Assembly (NCBI RefSeq): GCF_044704955.1 | Contig: NC_091983.1 | Location: forward strand, 100,440,001 to 100,504,000 | Direction: 5' to 3' | From: Pristiophorus japonicus | Taxonomy: Eukaryota | Length of the DNA stretch: 64,000 nucleotides | Part shown: piece after piece, positions 1-12,492 of the stretch | How positions within the stretch are numbered: the first letter of the stretch is position 1 | Layout of the letters: each line of letters starts with the position of its first letter | The notes under the pieces: generated by a model | Database searches by the model: none | Told to the model about the DNA's origin: nothing | Seen by the model: the letters and a program-made list of their open reading frames with translations, nothing else | Translations under genes and position numbers: made by a program

Positions 1-303
1 TGCTGTTTTTCAAGCAGTAGGCTTCCCCTGCAATAGCTTGTGCTCCCATTATGGTAGGCAGCTGAGATCCAGCTATACTTTCAGTCACATGCCAAGAATA
101 TTTAAAGTAGGGAACCTCCTCAGTCAGCAGTGGAGGTTCCTTGTGAGCGGATCCTGGCATTTATATTGGGATCACTGGCTCCTGGATTTCTAGGGTCAGA
201 ATTATCACTAGAAGAATGAAGAGGAAGTTAGAAGAGTTATTTTCACAGAGAGAGATTATTATCAGCTCACAGAAGAGGTGATTTAATTTTGGAGCACTAT
301 TCT

Positions 304-2490
304 GGCAGGCGGTGGTCAGGGCAAGCGATGGTCAGGGCAGGTGGTGGTCAGGGCAGGCGATGGTCAGGGCAGGTGGTGGTCAGGGCAGGCGATGGTCAGG
401 GCAGGCGATGGTCAGGGAAGGCGGTGGTCAGGGCAGGCGATGGTCAGCGCAGGTGGTGGTCAGGGCAGGCGATGGTCAGGGCAGGCGATGGTCAGGGCAA
501 GCGGTGGTCAGGGCAGGCGATGGTCAGGGCAGGTGGTGGTCAGGGCAGGCAATGGTCAGGGAAGGCAGTGGTCAGGGCAGGCGATGGTCAGGACAGGCAG
601 TGGTCAGGGCAGGCGATGGTCAGGGCAGGCGATGGTCAGGGCAGGTGGTGGTCAGGGCAGGCGATGGTCAGGGAAGGCGGTGGTCAGGGCAGGCGGTGGT
701 CAGGGCAGGCAGTGGTCAGGGCAGGCGATGGTTAGGGCAGGCAGTGGTCATGGCAGGCGATGGTCAGGGCAGGCGATGGTCAGGGCAGGCGATGGTCAGG
801 GCAGGCAGTGGTCATGGCAGGCGATGGTCAGGGCAGGCGATGGTCAGGGAAGGCGATGGTCAGGGCAGGCGATGGTCAGGGCAGGCGGTGGTCAGGGCAG
901 GCGATGGTCAGGGCAGGCAGTGGTCAGGGCAGGCAGTGGTCAGGGCAGGCAGTGGTCAGCCGATGGTCAGGGCAGGTGGTGGTCAGGGCAGGCGGTGGTC
1001 AGGGCAGGCAGTGGTCAGCCGATGGTCAGGGCAGGTGGTGGTCAGGGCAGGTGATGGTCAGGGCAGGCAGTAGTCAGGGCAGGCGGTGGTCAGGGCAGGT
1101 GGTGGTCAGGGCAGGCGATGGTCAGGGCAGGTGGTGGTCAGGGCAGGCAATGGTCAGGGAAGGCAGTGGTCAGGGCAGGCGATGGTCAGGACAGGCAGTG
1201 GTCAGGGCAGGCGATGGTCAGGGCAGGCGATGGTCAGGGCAGGTGGTGGTCAGGGCAGGCGATGGTCAGGGAAGGCGGTGGTCAGGGCAGGCGGTGGTCA
1301 GGGCAGGCAGTGGTCAGGGCAGGCGATGGTTAGGGCAGGCAGTGGTCAGGGCAGGCGATGGTCAGGGCAGGCGATGGTCAGGGCAGGCGATGGTCAGGGC
1401 AGGCAGTGGTCAGGGCAGGCGATGGTCAGGGCAGGCGATGGTCAGGGCAGGCAGTGGTCAGGGCAGGCGATGGTCAGGGCAGGCGATGGTCAGGGCAGGC
1501 GGTGGTCAGGGCAGGCGATGGTCAGGGCAGGCAGTGGTCAGGGCAGGCAGTGGTCAGGGCAGGCAGTGGTCAGCCGATGGTCAGGGCAGGTGGTGGTCAG
1601 GGCAGGCGGTGGTCAGGGCAGGCAGTGGTCAGCCGATGGTCAGGGCAGGTGGTGGTCAGGGCAGGTGATGGTCAGGGCAGGCAGTGGTCAGGGCAGGTGA
1701 TGGTCAGGGCAGGCAGTAGTCAGGGCAGGCAGTAGTCAGGGCAGGCGGTGGTCAGGGCAGGTGGTGGTCAGGGCAGGCGATGGTCAGGGCAGGCACTGGT
1801 CAGGGCAGGCGATGGTCAGGGCAGGTGATGGTCAGGGCAGGCAGTAGTCAGGGCAGGCGGTGGTCAGGGCAGGTGGTGGTCAGGGCAGGCGATGGTCAGG
1901 GCAGGTGATGGTCAGGGCAGGTGGTGGTCAGGGCAGCTGCTGGTCAGGGCAGGTGGTGGTCAGGGCAGGCAGTGGTCAGGGCAGGCGATGGTCAGGGCAG
2001 GTAATGGTCAGGGCAGGTGGTGGTCAGGGCAGGCGGTGGTCAGGGCAGGTGGTGGTCAGGGCAGGCGATGGTCAGGGCAGGTGGGCAGGCGATGGTCAGG
2101 GCAGGTGGTGGTCAGGGCAGCTGGTGGTCAGGGCAGGTGGTGGTCAGGGCAGGCAGTGGTCAGGGCAGGCGATGGTCAGGGCAGGTGATGGTCAGGGCAG
2201 GCAGTAGTCAGGGCAGGCGGTGGTCAGGGCAGGCGGTGGTCAGGGCAGGCGATGGTCAGGGCAGGTGATGGTCAGGGCAGGTGATGGTCAGGGCAGGCGG
2301 TGGTCAGGGCAGGTGGTGGTCAGGGCAGGCGATGGTCAGGGCAGGTGATGGTCAGGGCAGGTGGTGGTCAGGGCAGGCGATGGTCAGGGCAGGCAGTGGT
2401 TAGGGCAGACGATGGTCAGGGCAGGCAGTGGTTAGGGCAGGCGATGGTCAGGGCAGGCAGTGATTAGGTCAGATGGTGGTCAGGGCAGGC
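304..2490. repeat. 16-bp G-rich minisatellite, consensus GGTCAGGGCAGGCGAT (variants ending GTGGT, GCAGT, GCGGT), about 135 copies
   Basis: Tandem array directly visible. The repetitive ORFs in all three + frames arise because the unit has no stop codon. Confidence 0.97.
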
Positions 2491-3397
2491 ACGGGACCTA
2501 ATCCATTTTAGTCCTTGGTCTTTATTATAAGGCGATTGGAGAACTGTCAATGCAAAATTCACTCGTCAGTAGGCAACTCGCTGATCTGGAGATAGGAAAT
2601 TGGGTGGGTAGGGGCAGGGAAGATAAATGTGAAGGGCCTGCAGCAATAGCTTAAAAGGGAGGCGTATAAGTGTCAGGAATAAAAAGAAGCAGCACTTTAG
2701 AGCTGCAGGTATCTTGTATGCAGAACCTACAGGAACAAACATATTGAATTTGGAAGCCTTCAAGGCTCAAAATCCATAAGTGAATGCCATAAAAAAGCTA
2801 ACCATCTGTCCAGCTTTGCCTGACTGAAGCTGATGATCCCTTGAATTATTGCTGAAAATGGCCAGTACTAGACTTATACTGTCTATGTTTGGTGGGCAGG
2901 ATATTCAGGCTGGCAAAGGCGAAAATGGTGTTGGAGGTCAAAGCTGCATTATTAGCATATATGGATGAGGCTTCTGCCTGTTTCTGAGCAAAGCTGCTTG
3001 GATGGAAGTCTGCCCCAAAATCGGGACAGCCCACACAGGGAGGTGTTAGCTGCCACCAGTACTATCATGTTAATCCTACTTCAATCCCGTTTTAAGCACA
3101 CATGGGTCAGTAGCGACAAGAAATCACCCCCAGAACGTTGTAACTCTACTAACACAAATGGCAGAGTGTAAATCATTTAAAAGGGAATTCGACAAGTATT
3201 TGAATAGGAATCTTATGGAAGGATACAGTGAAAAGGCAAGCAGAATTGAAGTAACTTGTTCTAGCTGAGGAGATAGTACAGGTTAAGGGGTTGAATGGCC
3301 TCTGTTTTCTGTGATTTTGGCTTTTATGAATGAAATTATTTAAAATACTTCAGGAATATAATTATTGCAACTATATATTGGCAAGACTTAATATATA

Positions 3398-5959
3398 GGA
3401 TCAAAGATGTCTTAGAGCGGCTGCAGGGCATTCTGGAGGGGGAGGGTGAACAGCCAGTTGTCGTGGTGCAAATAGGTACCAACGATATAGGTAAAAAATG
3501 GGATGAGGTCCTACGGGCTGAATTTAGGGAGCTAGGAGTTAAATTAAAAAGTAGGACCTCAAAGGTAGTAATCTCAGGGTTGCTATAAGTGCCACGTGCT
3601 AGTCAGAGTAGAAATAGCAGGATAGTTAAGATGAATACGTGGCTTGAGGAATGGTGCAAGGAGGAGGGATTCAAATTCCTGGGACATTGGATCCGGTTCT
3701 GGGGGAGGTGGGACCAGTACAAACTGGACAGTCTGCACCTGGGCAGGACCGGAACCGATGTCTTAGGGGGAGTGTTTGCTAGTACAGTTGGGGAGGGTTT
3801 AAACTAATATGGCAGGGGGATGGGAATCTATGCAGGGAGACAGAGGGAAGTAAAATGGGGGCAAAAGCAAAAGGTAGAAAGGAGATAAGGAAAAGTGGAG
3901 GACAGAGAAATCAAAGGCAAAAATCAAAAAGGGCCACATTACAACATCATTCTAAAAGGACAAAGAGTGCTAAAAAAAACAAGCCTGAAGGCTCTCTGTC
4001 TCAATGCGAGGAGCATTCGTAACAAGGTGGATGAATTAACTGCGCAGACAGCTGGTCACAGATATGATATAATTGGGATTACGGAAACATGGCTCCAGGG
4101 TGACCAAGGCTGGGAACTCAACATCCAGGGGTATTCAATATTCAGGAAGGATAGACAGAAAGGAAAAGGAGGTGGGGTAGTATTGCTGGTTAAAGAGGAG
4201 ATTAACACAATAGTAACGAAGGACATTAGATTGGATGATGTGAAATCTGTATGGGTAGAGCTGCGGAACACCAAAGGGCAGAAAACGCTAGTGGGAGTTG
4301 TGTACAGACCACCAAACAGTAGTAATGAGGATCAAACAAGAAATTAGGGATCCACACAATAAAGATACAGCAGTTATCATGGGTGACTTTAATCTACATA
4401 TAGATTGGGCTAACCAAACTGGTAGCAATACGGTGGAGGAGGATTTCCTGGAGTGTATAAGAGATGGTTTTCTAGAACAATATGTCGAGGAACCAACTAG
4501 AGAGCTGGCCATCCTAGACTGGGTGTTGTGTAATGAGAGAGGATTAATTAGCAATCTTGTTGTGCGAGACCCCTTGGGGAAGAGTGACCATAATATGGTA
4601 GAATTTTTCATTAAGATGGAGAGTGACACAGTTAATTCAGAGACTAGGGTCCTGAACTTAAAAAAAGGTAATTTCAATGGTATGAGACGTGAATTGGCTA
4701 GGATAGACTGGCAAATGATACTTAAAGGGTTGACAGTGGATAGGCAATGGCAGACATTTAAAGATCACATGGATGAACTTCAACAATTGTACATTCCTGT
4801 CTGGCGTAAAAATAAAACGGGGAAGGTGGCTCAACCGTGGCTAACAAGGGAAATTAGGGATAGTGTTAAATCCAAGAAAGAGGCATATAAATTGGCCAGA
4901 AAAAATAGCAAACCCGAGGACTAGGAGAAATTTAGAATTCAGCAGAGGAGGACAAAGGGTTTAATTAGGAGGGGGAAAATAGAGTATGAGAGTAACCTTG
5001 CAGGGAACATAAAAACTGACTGCAAAAGCTTCTATAGATATGTGAAGAGAAAAAGATTAGTGAAGACAAAAGTAGGTCCCTTGCAGTCAGAATCAGGTGA
5101 ATTTATAATGGGGAACAAAGAAATGGCAGACCAATTGAACAAATACTTTAGTTCTGTCTTCACTAAGGAAGACACAAATAACCTTCCGGAAATACTAGGG
5201 GACCGAGGGTCTAGCGAGAAGGAGGAATTAAAGGAAATCCTTATTAGTCAGGAAATTGTGTTCGAAAAATTGATGGGATTGAAGGCCGATAAATCCCCAG
5301 GGCCTGATAGTCTGCATCCCAGAGTACTTAAGGAAGTGGCCCTAAAAATAGTGGATGCATTGGTGGTAATTTTCCAACATTCTATAGACTCTGGATCAGT
5401 TCCTATGGACTGGAGGGTAGCTAATGTAACCCCACTTTTTAAAAAAGGAGGGGAGAGAAAACAGGGAATTACAGACCGGTTAGCTTTACCTCGGTAGTGG
5501 GGAAAATGTTGGAATCAATTATTGAAGATGTAATAGCAGCGCATTTGGAAAGCAGTGACATGATCGGTCCAAGTCAGCATGGATTTATGAAAGGGAAATC
5601 ATGCTTGACAAATCTCCTAGGATTTTTTGAGGATGTAACTAGTAGATTGGACAAGGGAGAACCAGTGGATTTGGTGTATTTGGACTGTCAAAAGGCTTTA
5701 GACAAGGTCCCACACAAGAGATTAGTGTGCAAAATTAAAGCACATGGTATTGGGGGTAATGTATTAACGTGGATAGAGAACTGGTTGGCATACAGGAAGC
5801 AAAGAATAGGAATAAACAGGTCCTTTTCAGAATGGCAGGCAGTGACTAGTGCGGTACCGCAAGGTTCAGTGCTGGGACCCCAGCTATTTACAATATACAT
5901 TAATGATTTAGCCGAAGGAATTGAATGTAATATCTCCAAGTTTGCAGATGACACTAAAC
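3398..5959 (+). mobile_element. CR1 LINE, truncated at both ends: ORF1 esterase C-terminus plus ORF2 APE endonuclease and RT (decayed)
   Basis: ORF1 GTNDIG motif and end VGEGLN* (3807). ORF2 motifs LNARSIRNK, GITETW, GDFN, SDH, GPD, QHGF, PQGSVLGP, FADD, with stops and frameshifts. Confidence 0.95.
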
Positions 5960-6252
5960 TTTCTTTAAATGTTTGCCATTTCTTATCTACCATCATATCT
6001 TTTATTCTAATCTCCCAATCTACCTCACCCAATTCACCCCTTATACCTCTGTAATTGGCTTTGTTTAAATTTAAGATCCCAGTTTCGAACTTAACCACAT
6101 CAATCTGAAAATTAACATTAAATTCTACCATATTATGATCACTCTTCCCCAGAGGATCCTTTATTATAAGATTACTAATTAACCCTGTCTCATTACACAA
6201 AAATTTAAAATAGCCTGTTCCTCACTTGGTTCTTCGACATATTGTTCTAGAC
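5960..6252 (-). mobile_element. CR1 ORF2 fragment (endonuclease C-terminal part) of another subfamily
   Basis: Minus-strand translation CNETGLISNLIIKDPLGKSDHNMVEF...KWQTFKE. Confidence 0.85.
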
Positions 6253-7071
6253 CACGGTCAGGATTGTCCTCCCAGCAGTGATGATCCAGCAGGGAGAGAC
6301 TTCTATCTACCCTTCCGTTACTACCAGAATGCCAAACCAGTTGCGACAGTATTGGAATCCCGACCCAGTTTCCTCGGTGCGGTTTCATCCTGTATGCATG
6401 TCGGGTTTCCTGTCGGATTCTTCCATTAAGAGGGAGCCCGCCATGGCCTAGTCATGAAATCCCAGCAGTGCTGCAGCACCAGAGAAGGTGACCGGGCAGG
6501 TAACAGGGCAGCAGTGCCCTGGAGCTGGGAAGATAGTAGGCCTCAGCAGAGCCCGAAGCTGATAAAAGGTAAGTGGTGTCCAGAACAGAGGGAGAACAGC
6601 TAGTAGCAGCCCCCGCTCCAGCAGAGAGCGCCGAGGTCGTTACCACTACTTCCTGGGGCCTACCACCAGCTTCCCCATGGCACCCCCAGAAGCAGAAGTA
6701 AGTGGGAGGAATAGGAGGGAAATTGATTGGGGACCCAAGCTGGTCCAGCAGGGAGGGGAAGGAAATCATAGTCGGTGCCATAAAGCCTCACTTTCCATCA
6801 TCGTCACCCTAGTGCCGTCTGATTTTGGGTAGGATCGTGGAGGAGAATCCTAGCCAAGGAGTGTATGGATTAGGGGACTCACAACAGGAGATAATTGGAA
6901 ACGGTGGAGTTGGAAAGCGTTTCATGACCCCATGCAAGAATAACATATCCTTTAAAAATAAAAATAAACAAAACAATGTGGTTTGTAAATTGATGTGCAA
7001 ATGGCTCCCTCTTCTTGTAGGTGATTATGCTAATATTCTAATCTTTGTTTGGATGTGTTGGCCTCTATACG

Positions 7072-8089
7072 ATACCGCAAGGTTCAGTGCTGGGACTCCA
7101 GCTATTTAGAATATACATTAATGATTTAGACGAAGGAATTCAATGTAATATTTCCAAGTTTGCAGATGGCACTAAGCTGGGTTGCAGTGTGAGCTGTGAG
7201 GAGGATGCTAAGAGGCTGCAGGGTGACTTGGACAGGTTAGGTGAGTGGGCAAATGCATGGCAGACGCAGTATAATGTGGATAAGTGTGAGGTTATTCACT
7301 TTGGTGGCAAAAACAGGAAGGCAGAATATTATCTGAATGGTGACAGACTAGGAAAAGGGGAGGTGCAACGAGACCTGGGTGTCATGTTACGTCAGTCATT
7401 AAGTTAACATGCAGGTACAGCAGGCGGTGAAGAAGGCAAATGGTATGTTGGCCTTCATAGCGAGAGGATTTGAGTATAGGAGCAGGGAGGTCTTACTGCA
7501 ATTGTACAGGGCCTTGGTGAGCCCACACCTTGAATAGTGTGTACAGTTTTGGTCTCCTAATCTGAGGAAGGACATTCTTGCTATTCCCGAAGGTTCACCA
7601 AACTGATTCCCGGGATGGCAGGACTGACATATGAAGAAAGACTGGATCGACTCGGCTTATATTCACTGGAATTTAGAAAAATGAGAGGGGATCTCATAGA
7701 AACATATAAAATTCTGACGGGATTGGACAGGTTAGATGCAGGAAGAATGTTCCCAATGTTGGGGAAGTCCAGAACCAGGGGTCACAGTCTAAGGATAAGA
7801 GGTAAGCCATTTAGGAGCGAGATGAGGAGAAACTCCTTCACTCAGAGAATTGTGAACCTGTGGAATTCTCTACCACAGAAAGTTGTTGAGGCCAATTCGT
7901 TAGATATATTCAAAAGGGAGTTAGATGTGGCCCTTATAGCTAAAGGGATCAAGGGGTATGGAGAGAAAGTAGGATTGGGGTACTGAAGTTGCATGATCAG
8001 CCATGATCATATTGAATGGTGGTGTAGGCTCGAAGGGCCGAATGACCTACTCCTGCACCTATTTTCTATATTTCTATATGTTTCTATGT
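7072..8089 (+). mobile_element. CR1 LINE 3' part (RT C-terminus, 3' UTR, TTTCTATG-type tail)
   Basis: PQGSVLG...KCEVIHFG...RTRGHSLRI...LWNSLP, followed by the tail ttctatatttctatatgtttctatg. Confidence 0.95.
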
Positions 8090-9452
8090 AATACCCAATA
8101 ACACTGTAAATTGAATGCTTTTAAATTAACCTTCATCAATCTGAGTCTTGGAAGAGGGCTGGCAAACTTGTTAAGACTGAGATTTTAAAAAGTGAACCAG
8201 GACCTTTTGATTCCGAGTTCATCTGTCCATACTATTACAAAGTATATATTAGGACAATTTTCTGTTTGCAAATCTATCCGTATTCCACTGGCTCAAAATT
8301 AAACATTTTTTCCCATCATAATTTAAATAGTTTCTACTAAATCAAGTCATGTGCAATTGTAAATCTGATGCTTGTCCAATCATGAAAAGCTTAGGGTGCA
8401 GAGTTCAGAAGCGCATGAATTTGTACCAGAACCAGCACACACCAGTAGAGCAGTCACAAATCTGTTTCAACATCACACAATTGAACACAGATACTTGATG
8501 TCGCTTATACATGTATAGTTGTTTACTGGTAGTGGATGTAAATCAGTAACAGAATAAATGCAGTCACTATATTTACAGAGTTTACAGCTTTTCAGCCTCT
8601 TTTCTGCCAATCCCGGATTTCAAGAAAAGAGGAAAATATAATAAATTAATGCAAGTAGCACACAAATCACAACTTCTCTGTATCAAGCTGCATCAGGGAA
8701 AGCTAAATATCAAAAACAAATTCAGTTTGGGACAATGTCTCTGCATGTAAATTTATTTAGCTCGTACCTATCTGAAAACTCCAGAATGTGTAACAGTATA
8801 GCTTCTCCAATGCCTCATTCTTTCCTGAACTCAATTGTGGGAAACAATCTCACAGGCTCCAGATTCCCTCTTGTACCCCACTTAACTGGTGACACCTGAA
8901 CTGTAAATGCAGTGGATGACTACAGGTTATTTGACCATGCAGGGCATCATAGCCTAGTGCAGTTCAATCCTGTTCATGTGGCATAAACGCACACAGATTT
9001 TCCAGCAGGATTCACTTAATAGTGATCAACAGCAGGAAACCTGGATGATTATTCCCATCCTTACATCAGGACCAATATCGCACCCTCACCATCCCATCAG
9101 AGATTTTGGTTCAAATCTTCTACCTTCCTGTTTTGCATAGCTCAGCAGCACACTAAGGCCGATGGGCTGTTGTGGATATTGGACATTTACCTCCTCAACC
9201 TCTCAAACGTGGATAATAAATAAACATCTCAGCTTTCTCGGGTAACTGGCCTTTCAAAGTGTGTGCTACAATCGTGGGTGCAATCATGGGAAGGGGCAAG
9301 AGTGTATCACCTACATTATTTTTGAATGGACTATGTTTCGCTTTTCCTATGCTCCAAAACCCAGAATAGCCGCTGATGCTCCCCGGCCTCAACAATCATG
9401 TGGTTGTGCCTCTCATTGTAACAAGCGCACCCTATCAAAATCAAATCAACTG

Positions 9453-9656
9453 TGTACTAATCCCGGGATACGGGTGTTCTAATCCCGGGATACAGGATGT
9501 TCTAATCCCGGGATACAGGGTGTTCTAATGCTGGGATACGGGGTGTACTAATCCTGGGATACGGGGTGTTCTAATCCCGAGATACGGGGTGTACTAATCC
9601 CGGGATACGGGGTGTTCTAATGCTGGGATATGGGGTGTTCTAATCCCAGGATACGG
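9453..9656. repeat. 23-bp tandem repeat CTAATCCCGGGATACGGGGTGTT, about 9 copies
   Basis: Head-to-tail copies directly visible; the unit contains the palindrome ATCCCGGGAT. Confidence 0.93.
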
Positions 9657-12232
9657 AGGAAAGAAACTGGTTATCTGTTGTTTAGTATTTTATACACATA
9701 TTTTAAATAAAAGGAATATTAGGAACATTAGGCAATTTAAAGTTATGTTAAAATCTGTTTGATCTATATTCTAATGGTTGATGGTGTCCATATACTATCA
9801 TTGCAATAACAGACTGACAAAAAAGGGTAAATTCTTTGTGGTTAGCCCCCCAATGGCGCAGATAAGAAAAAACACGCAGATTCCGAAGGGGAATAACAGT
9901 TTAAGCACATGTCCGCCAATCTCTTTCGCTATAAATGCTGTAAAATTGGACACGATTTTTTTTTAAGGCAGGTACAAAAGCAAATTTAAAAAATCCACCC
10001 ACTTTTTTCTGACACTTGGGCATTTGTTTTTCTGACCAAATAAATGGAGTGAGATCTAAAGGTACATGGAAAGCACTGGGACAGCTCTGCTCACCTGTAT
10101 TTACTGAGACTGGGACGGATGAATCATCACACGCTGCCGGTCAGTGCTGCTCCCGTTGTACATGCTGTAGGTTTCTGCACCGGGAGCAGTGGCCTGTGTC
10201 CACCATCTACCTGCACTCATCAGTGTGTTTTTCTGAATGCAAGTCCCTCGCCCTGGGAAAAGACTGGGATTTCTGCGTCAGGACCGTTGCCAGGCGACCG
10301 CAAAAGGTATGTTGCAGCCAGTTGTTTGTGTGTATGGTGCAGACTCCTATCTGTCCCGCCTCTGCTCTCTGCCACTGACAAGGGATGCAGCACCATCTAG
10401 CTGGGTCCTAGCGCCTCCAGGATCATATTCTCTGAGACAACCACCACAAGGAGCGCTTTCCACAACAGGCTTTTACCCTCACTTCTCAAATGAAGAATTA
10501 AGGTTCTTAATTTTAATGTCTCGGTGATAGCTGATGGATATTTACATTTTTCCTAATCAAATTTTATTAATTTAGCTCCCAAAATTTACAACTATAATTT
10601 TCTGAAATCCTTAGGGCTAGATTTTGCACTTTTTTTGCATGCTTAACGCCCACTTAACGTCCATTTTACCGCTGAAATGAGGCATAACGCCCAGATATCG
10701 CCCATTTAGCCACAAAATGGAAACTGATGGGCATTTTCGGACACTTATCACTGAACATTACTTTCCCCATGTGCCGGGAAAAAAATAATACCGCCCGCCC
10801 ACTTTTTTGGGGCGGAATCATCAGAATGGGCGAAATCAACACCCATAATATCGGCCAGTGTTAGTTTCCGCACGGAATTAATGCCGAGATTCATTAATAC
10901 CACCCGGCCGCTTTTTATTATCGTAAAGATCACATTTGCCAAAACTAACGCCCAGGAGATCGCCCAGTGTCACTTTCATCACCTCGCACACATATCGCCA
11001 ACAATATTGCTCGCCCAAAAAAACACCCGGAAAAACTGGAACTGTTCTGAACTAAACCCAGCGGTGTGGCTGCCATTTTTAAAATCACAGGTCGCTTCAT
11101 TCAAAAGGCTGTTTCCACTTAAGGGGAGTTTGGATTGACTCTGGAGTTCTTCTCAGGTGAAGTGACCATCTCAACAGACATATTTTCAGACTCTGGACTA
11201 TTGGGGGTTTACTGTAGGTGTATTTTAGTGAGGAAATTATTGCTTCTGATCAATCACTATTATACTTTCATTGTAATGGGACCAGCATTTCTCAGCCTGC
11301 AGCGATTAATACGCAGATGCTGCAGAGTGCAGATGGCTCAATGTGTGATGCACATCATTATGTCCCCAATTTAAGATGTGTAAGAATGAGGAGGAGGGCC
11401 AGACCATACACACCCCGCACGTACAGGGAAAAGAGGTCTTACCTCGACGTGTCTGAGCACATCTGCCTTTAGAGACTGCGCTTCCACAAGGGGGTGATCA
11501 ATGAAATATGTGAGCTCATCAGGCCACATATGCAGCCTGCCATCAGGACATCAGTGTCGGTCGAGGTCAAGGTCACCGTGGCATTGTCTATCTACGTGTC
11601 CGGTTCCTTTCAGGCCTCCACGGTCGAGATTTCACCTCTGTGTCACCATGCCACCCATCGCTGCATTAGGCAGGTCACGGAGGCCCTGTACGTGCAAAGG
11701 GTGGACTTTATCAACTCCCCATGAACACGGAGGCTCAGACTGACAGAGCTGGAGCATTCTACCACATTGCTAATTTCCCCAGTGTGCAGGGAGCAATACA
11801 GTGCACTCATATTGCCATGCAGGCACCTTATCAGGACCCAGAGCTTTATCTTAACAGAAAAGGATTTCACTCCCTGAAAGTCCAACTAGTTGTCGACCAC
11901 AACCAGATCCTAATGGCAATGAATGCCAAATATCCGGGCAGCTTCGATGAGGCTCACATCCTGCGTGAGAGCGCTGTCTCTGACATGTTTAAGCGTCAGT
12001 CACAAGAACAATGCTGGATGCTTGGTGATAACCGATATGGCCTAGCAACCTGGCTGATGACCCCCCTGCGTGACACCCACACCGAGGCCGAGAAACGATA
12101 CAACCAGAGCCACAGAGACACACGCAATGTGGGCCAGAAAACAATAACTGTGCTTAAGCAGTGCTTCAGATGTGAGGACCACTCAGGAGGGGACCTACAA
12201 TACAACCCTGAGCAAGTAGGTAAATTCGTGGT

Positions 12233-12492
12233 TGTCATGTTTGTAACCTTCACAGAACTGTAACCTTTATGCAACAACACTGTATACTGTATACACCTGA
12301 GAAATGCACACCTTGACCACAGGGGGTGAAGTTGTGGGAGACACTCCTCACCTGGTCATCCAGGTATATAAAGGGAGGTCCCACGCAGGGTCATCACTTC
12401 TTGGTCCTGTGAATAAAGGTACAGGTCACAGAGTGACCTTGTCTCCAGTATGTGCCTCGTGTTGATTTGCTGTAGTGTGTAAGGACACAACA
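12233..12492 (+). repeat. 5' LTR of the Gypsy element
   Basis: TGTCATG...CACAACA with TATATAAA and AATAAA; differs from the 3' LTR by about 6 substitutions and 1 indel (hand count). Confidence 0.95.

Noticed and set aside
289-2268. Long repetitive ORFs (GQAMVRAGDGQGRRWS)n as a protein-coding gene
   Set aside because: A stop-free 16-bp unit gives the same peptide in all three frames, and frame-breaking 11-bp units are tolerated.
5854-7178. The 105-bp overlap between two CR1 pieces as a target-site duplication
   Set aside because: About 7 mismatches, as expected for independent copies, and far too long for a TSD.
9453-9656. CRISPR-like array (also considered for 59865-59980)
   Set aside because: Units are head-to-tail with no unique spacers, there are no cas genes, and the context is vertebrate.
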